Shown here in pieces: positions 61,915 through 64,000 of a DNA stretch of 64,000 bases (within the stretch, counting starts at the first letter, position 1; the number at the start of each line of letters is the position of its first letter). The DNA comes from Felis catus (Eukaryota): NCBI RefSeq assembly GCF_018350175.1, contig NC_058368.1, positions 69,256,001 to 69,320,000 on the forward strand, given 5' to 3'. The notes beneath the pieces are model-generated. The model saw nothing but the letters and a program-made list of their open reading frames with translations. It was not told the DNA's origin and searched no databases. The translations under genes and the position numbers were made by a program.

Positions 61915-63160
61915 TGCTGGGATGTCTCACGGCTGAGTCCTTGACCCTCTTCTCTCTTCTCCAGGCGACGTTATCCACTTCGGCAGTCTTGAATGCCATG
62001 AATGTGATGACTCAGTTGGTATTTCCAGCCCTGCTCTTTCTGAGCTCCAGGCTCCCCTGTCCGACTGCTCACTGGACATCACCACTTGGATGTCTACTAG
62101 GCATCTCAAACTGACTATGACTGAAATTCCCCTCTTGATTTCTTCTTGCCACACCTTCTCCCAAACCCATCCTCCTTTTAGTGGCATTACCATTGCTCAG
62201 ACCCAAATCCTAAGCATTCTCGACGTCTCCAATTTACTCCAATTGACCAGAGGAGGATTCACCATGGAGCTCATGAAGCTTGAGCTTACAGCCCATTCAC
62301 TCGCACAGAGCCCCTCCAGGAAACCTCACTTTATGTTCAATTTTTTAATTTATCTTACAGAGGGCCCTCAGATTGTGTCAAGTTTCAGTTGTTTTTAACT
62401 TGGATCTGCCTCTGCACCCTACGTCCCGCTCCATTTCCAAAAGAAAAACATCTAAACCAGACCACTTTGGACACCGTTGATCGCCATACTCCAGGCCACA
62501 TTATTCTCCTGCCTGGAGTACTATCGTGACCTCCTCATGCTCCCCCAGCTTCCTCACTCCCTCCTACTATTTCCTATATTGCAGCAAAATGACCTTTTAT
62601 AACTGTTTAAATGTTCAATGATCTGTGAAAAACGGTCATACCCTTTACTTAACCTGTTTTGCTTAGAATAAGTTATACTACTGAACGATCACAATGCCCC
62701 AGGTGATGTGCCCCACCCCCCCAACTTGCTTCTCAGCCCTCCCTTCCAGGTTTACTCTTCTCTGGCTGTACCCTTCTTTCCTCACCGGAATACACCAGAC
62801 TAGTTTCGCTTGGGGGCTTTTGCACTTGCTGTTTCCGCTGGTGGAAATAGGAATTTCTCCCATTTCTTTCTTCACCTTGGCTCAACTTTCAAGTCTCAGC
62901 TCAGATATCTCCCTCAAAAGACTGTTTCACCGAAGTAGCACCCAACTCCACACCTTCTTGATCCCATTATCTTCCTTTCACTGGTCACTATAGAATGTTC
63001 TAATCTACTCAGTTGATTTGTTGATTGTCTGACTTCTCCCAAAAGATAAGCTCCATGGAGGTGGGAACCCAGTCCTACTCACCACTGAATCTCACAATCA
63101 GTGCCCACTGCAGAGAAGGTGCCCAATAAATATTTGCTAAATAAGTGAATAAGTAAATGT
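61915..63160 (+). mobile_element. L2 3' region
   Basis: ctggacatcaccacttggatgtct...ggcatctcaaact; ends caataaatatttgctaaataagtgaat. Confidence 0.85.
62248..62414 (-). mobile_element. MER53-like non-autonomous DNA transposon inside the L2
   Basis: TIRs cagaggaggatt / ggatctgcctctg; internal atgaagcttgagctt. Confidence 0.7.
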
Positions 63161-63649
63161 TAAAAACAAATGCTAATACAGTAAAGTGAGGCATAAAGTG
63201 ATAAACACATAGCATGGGTGGAATTGAAGAGTATGAACTGTATTACTAGGTCCTTTTTGTTTCTACCTCATTAATTACAGCTAAAAATCTGTTGCAAGTA
63301 GATGCAAATTTGAGCTGTACATTGATGTCACAATTGATATTCCACTATGAGCGTCATCATAACTCATGAGGTAAAATTTGCGTGTCATAGTATCCAAACT
63401 ATGAGATAATTACTATAAATAGCAAATATATGGAGAGGAAAATATATAGACTGGATCATATCTGTATCTCCCCAGTCCTTTTCCTCCAAAATAATGGTTT
63501 AGGAATGCTCAGAAGGTTTCAAGGTTATGAATGCTATCATCTATGTACTCTGAATTGAGTTAAAAATAGTGTGAAAATAGAAAAAAATAGTAATTGAGGT
63601 CCGGATCAACTTCCTTCAGATAGCTAAGGAAAGGCATTTTTTAAAATCA

Positions 63650-64000
63650 CACCTTTATTGAGATATAATTCACATACCATAAAGCTCACACTTTTTAAAT
63701 GTACAATTCTTTAGTATATTCACAGAATCACTGCTATCACATTCCAGAACATCTCATCACGCCAAAAAGGAACTCCATACCCATTAGCAGTCATTCCACC
63801 TTCCTTCCCCTCCCCTCCAGGTCCCTGACAACTACGAATCTACTTTCTGTGTCTATGGATTTGCTGCTCCTGGACATTTCACATAAATGGAACCAAAAAA
63901 TATGTGACTTTTTGTGTCTGGCTTCTCTCACTTAGCATCATATTTTTAAGGTTCATCCATGTTGCACTATGTACCAGTCTTGTTTCTTTTTATTGCCAAG
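63650..64000 (-). mobile_element. L1MB-type 3' end (runs off the window)
   Basis: ctttattgagatataattcacataccataaa...tctatggatttgc...ggttcatccatgttg. Confidence 0.9.

Overview
Mammalian (carnivore, most likely felid) nuclear DNA that is intergenic or intronic and dominated by repeats. It holds about 49 tRNA-derived Can-SINEs of the cat SINEC_Fc type, many with readable target-site duplications (TSDs). It also holds old L1 3' ends, a near full-length HAL1, L2/MIR remnants, MaLR/ERVL LTRs and small hAT DNA elements. The only protein homology I recognise is a decayed, 5'-truncated processed RPL7A pseudogene (~14478-15141, +). No intact protein-coding gene, RNA gene or CRISPR array is supportable, and almost all ORFs in the track are repeat or microsatellite artefacts. 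I cannot support a new biological system here. The best leads are: a possible minus-strand spliced transcript (terminal exon 17208->~16750), repeated reuse of the same SINE insertion sites, five near-identical young SINEs, an apparent micro-inversion splitting an LTR33, and a few compact TF-motif clusters. Repeat subfamily names come from my recall of consensus sequences, not from a database search, and boundaries are approximate.
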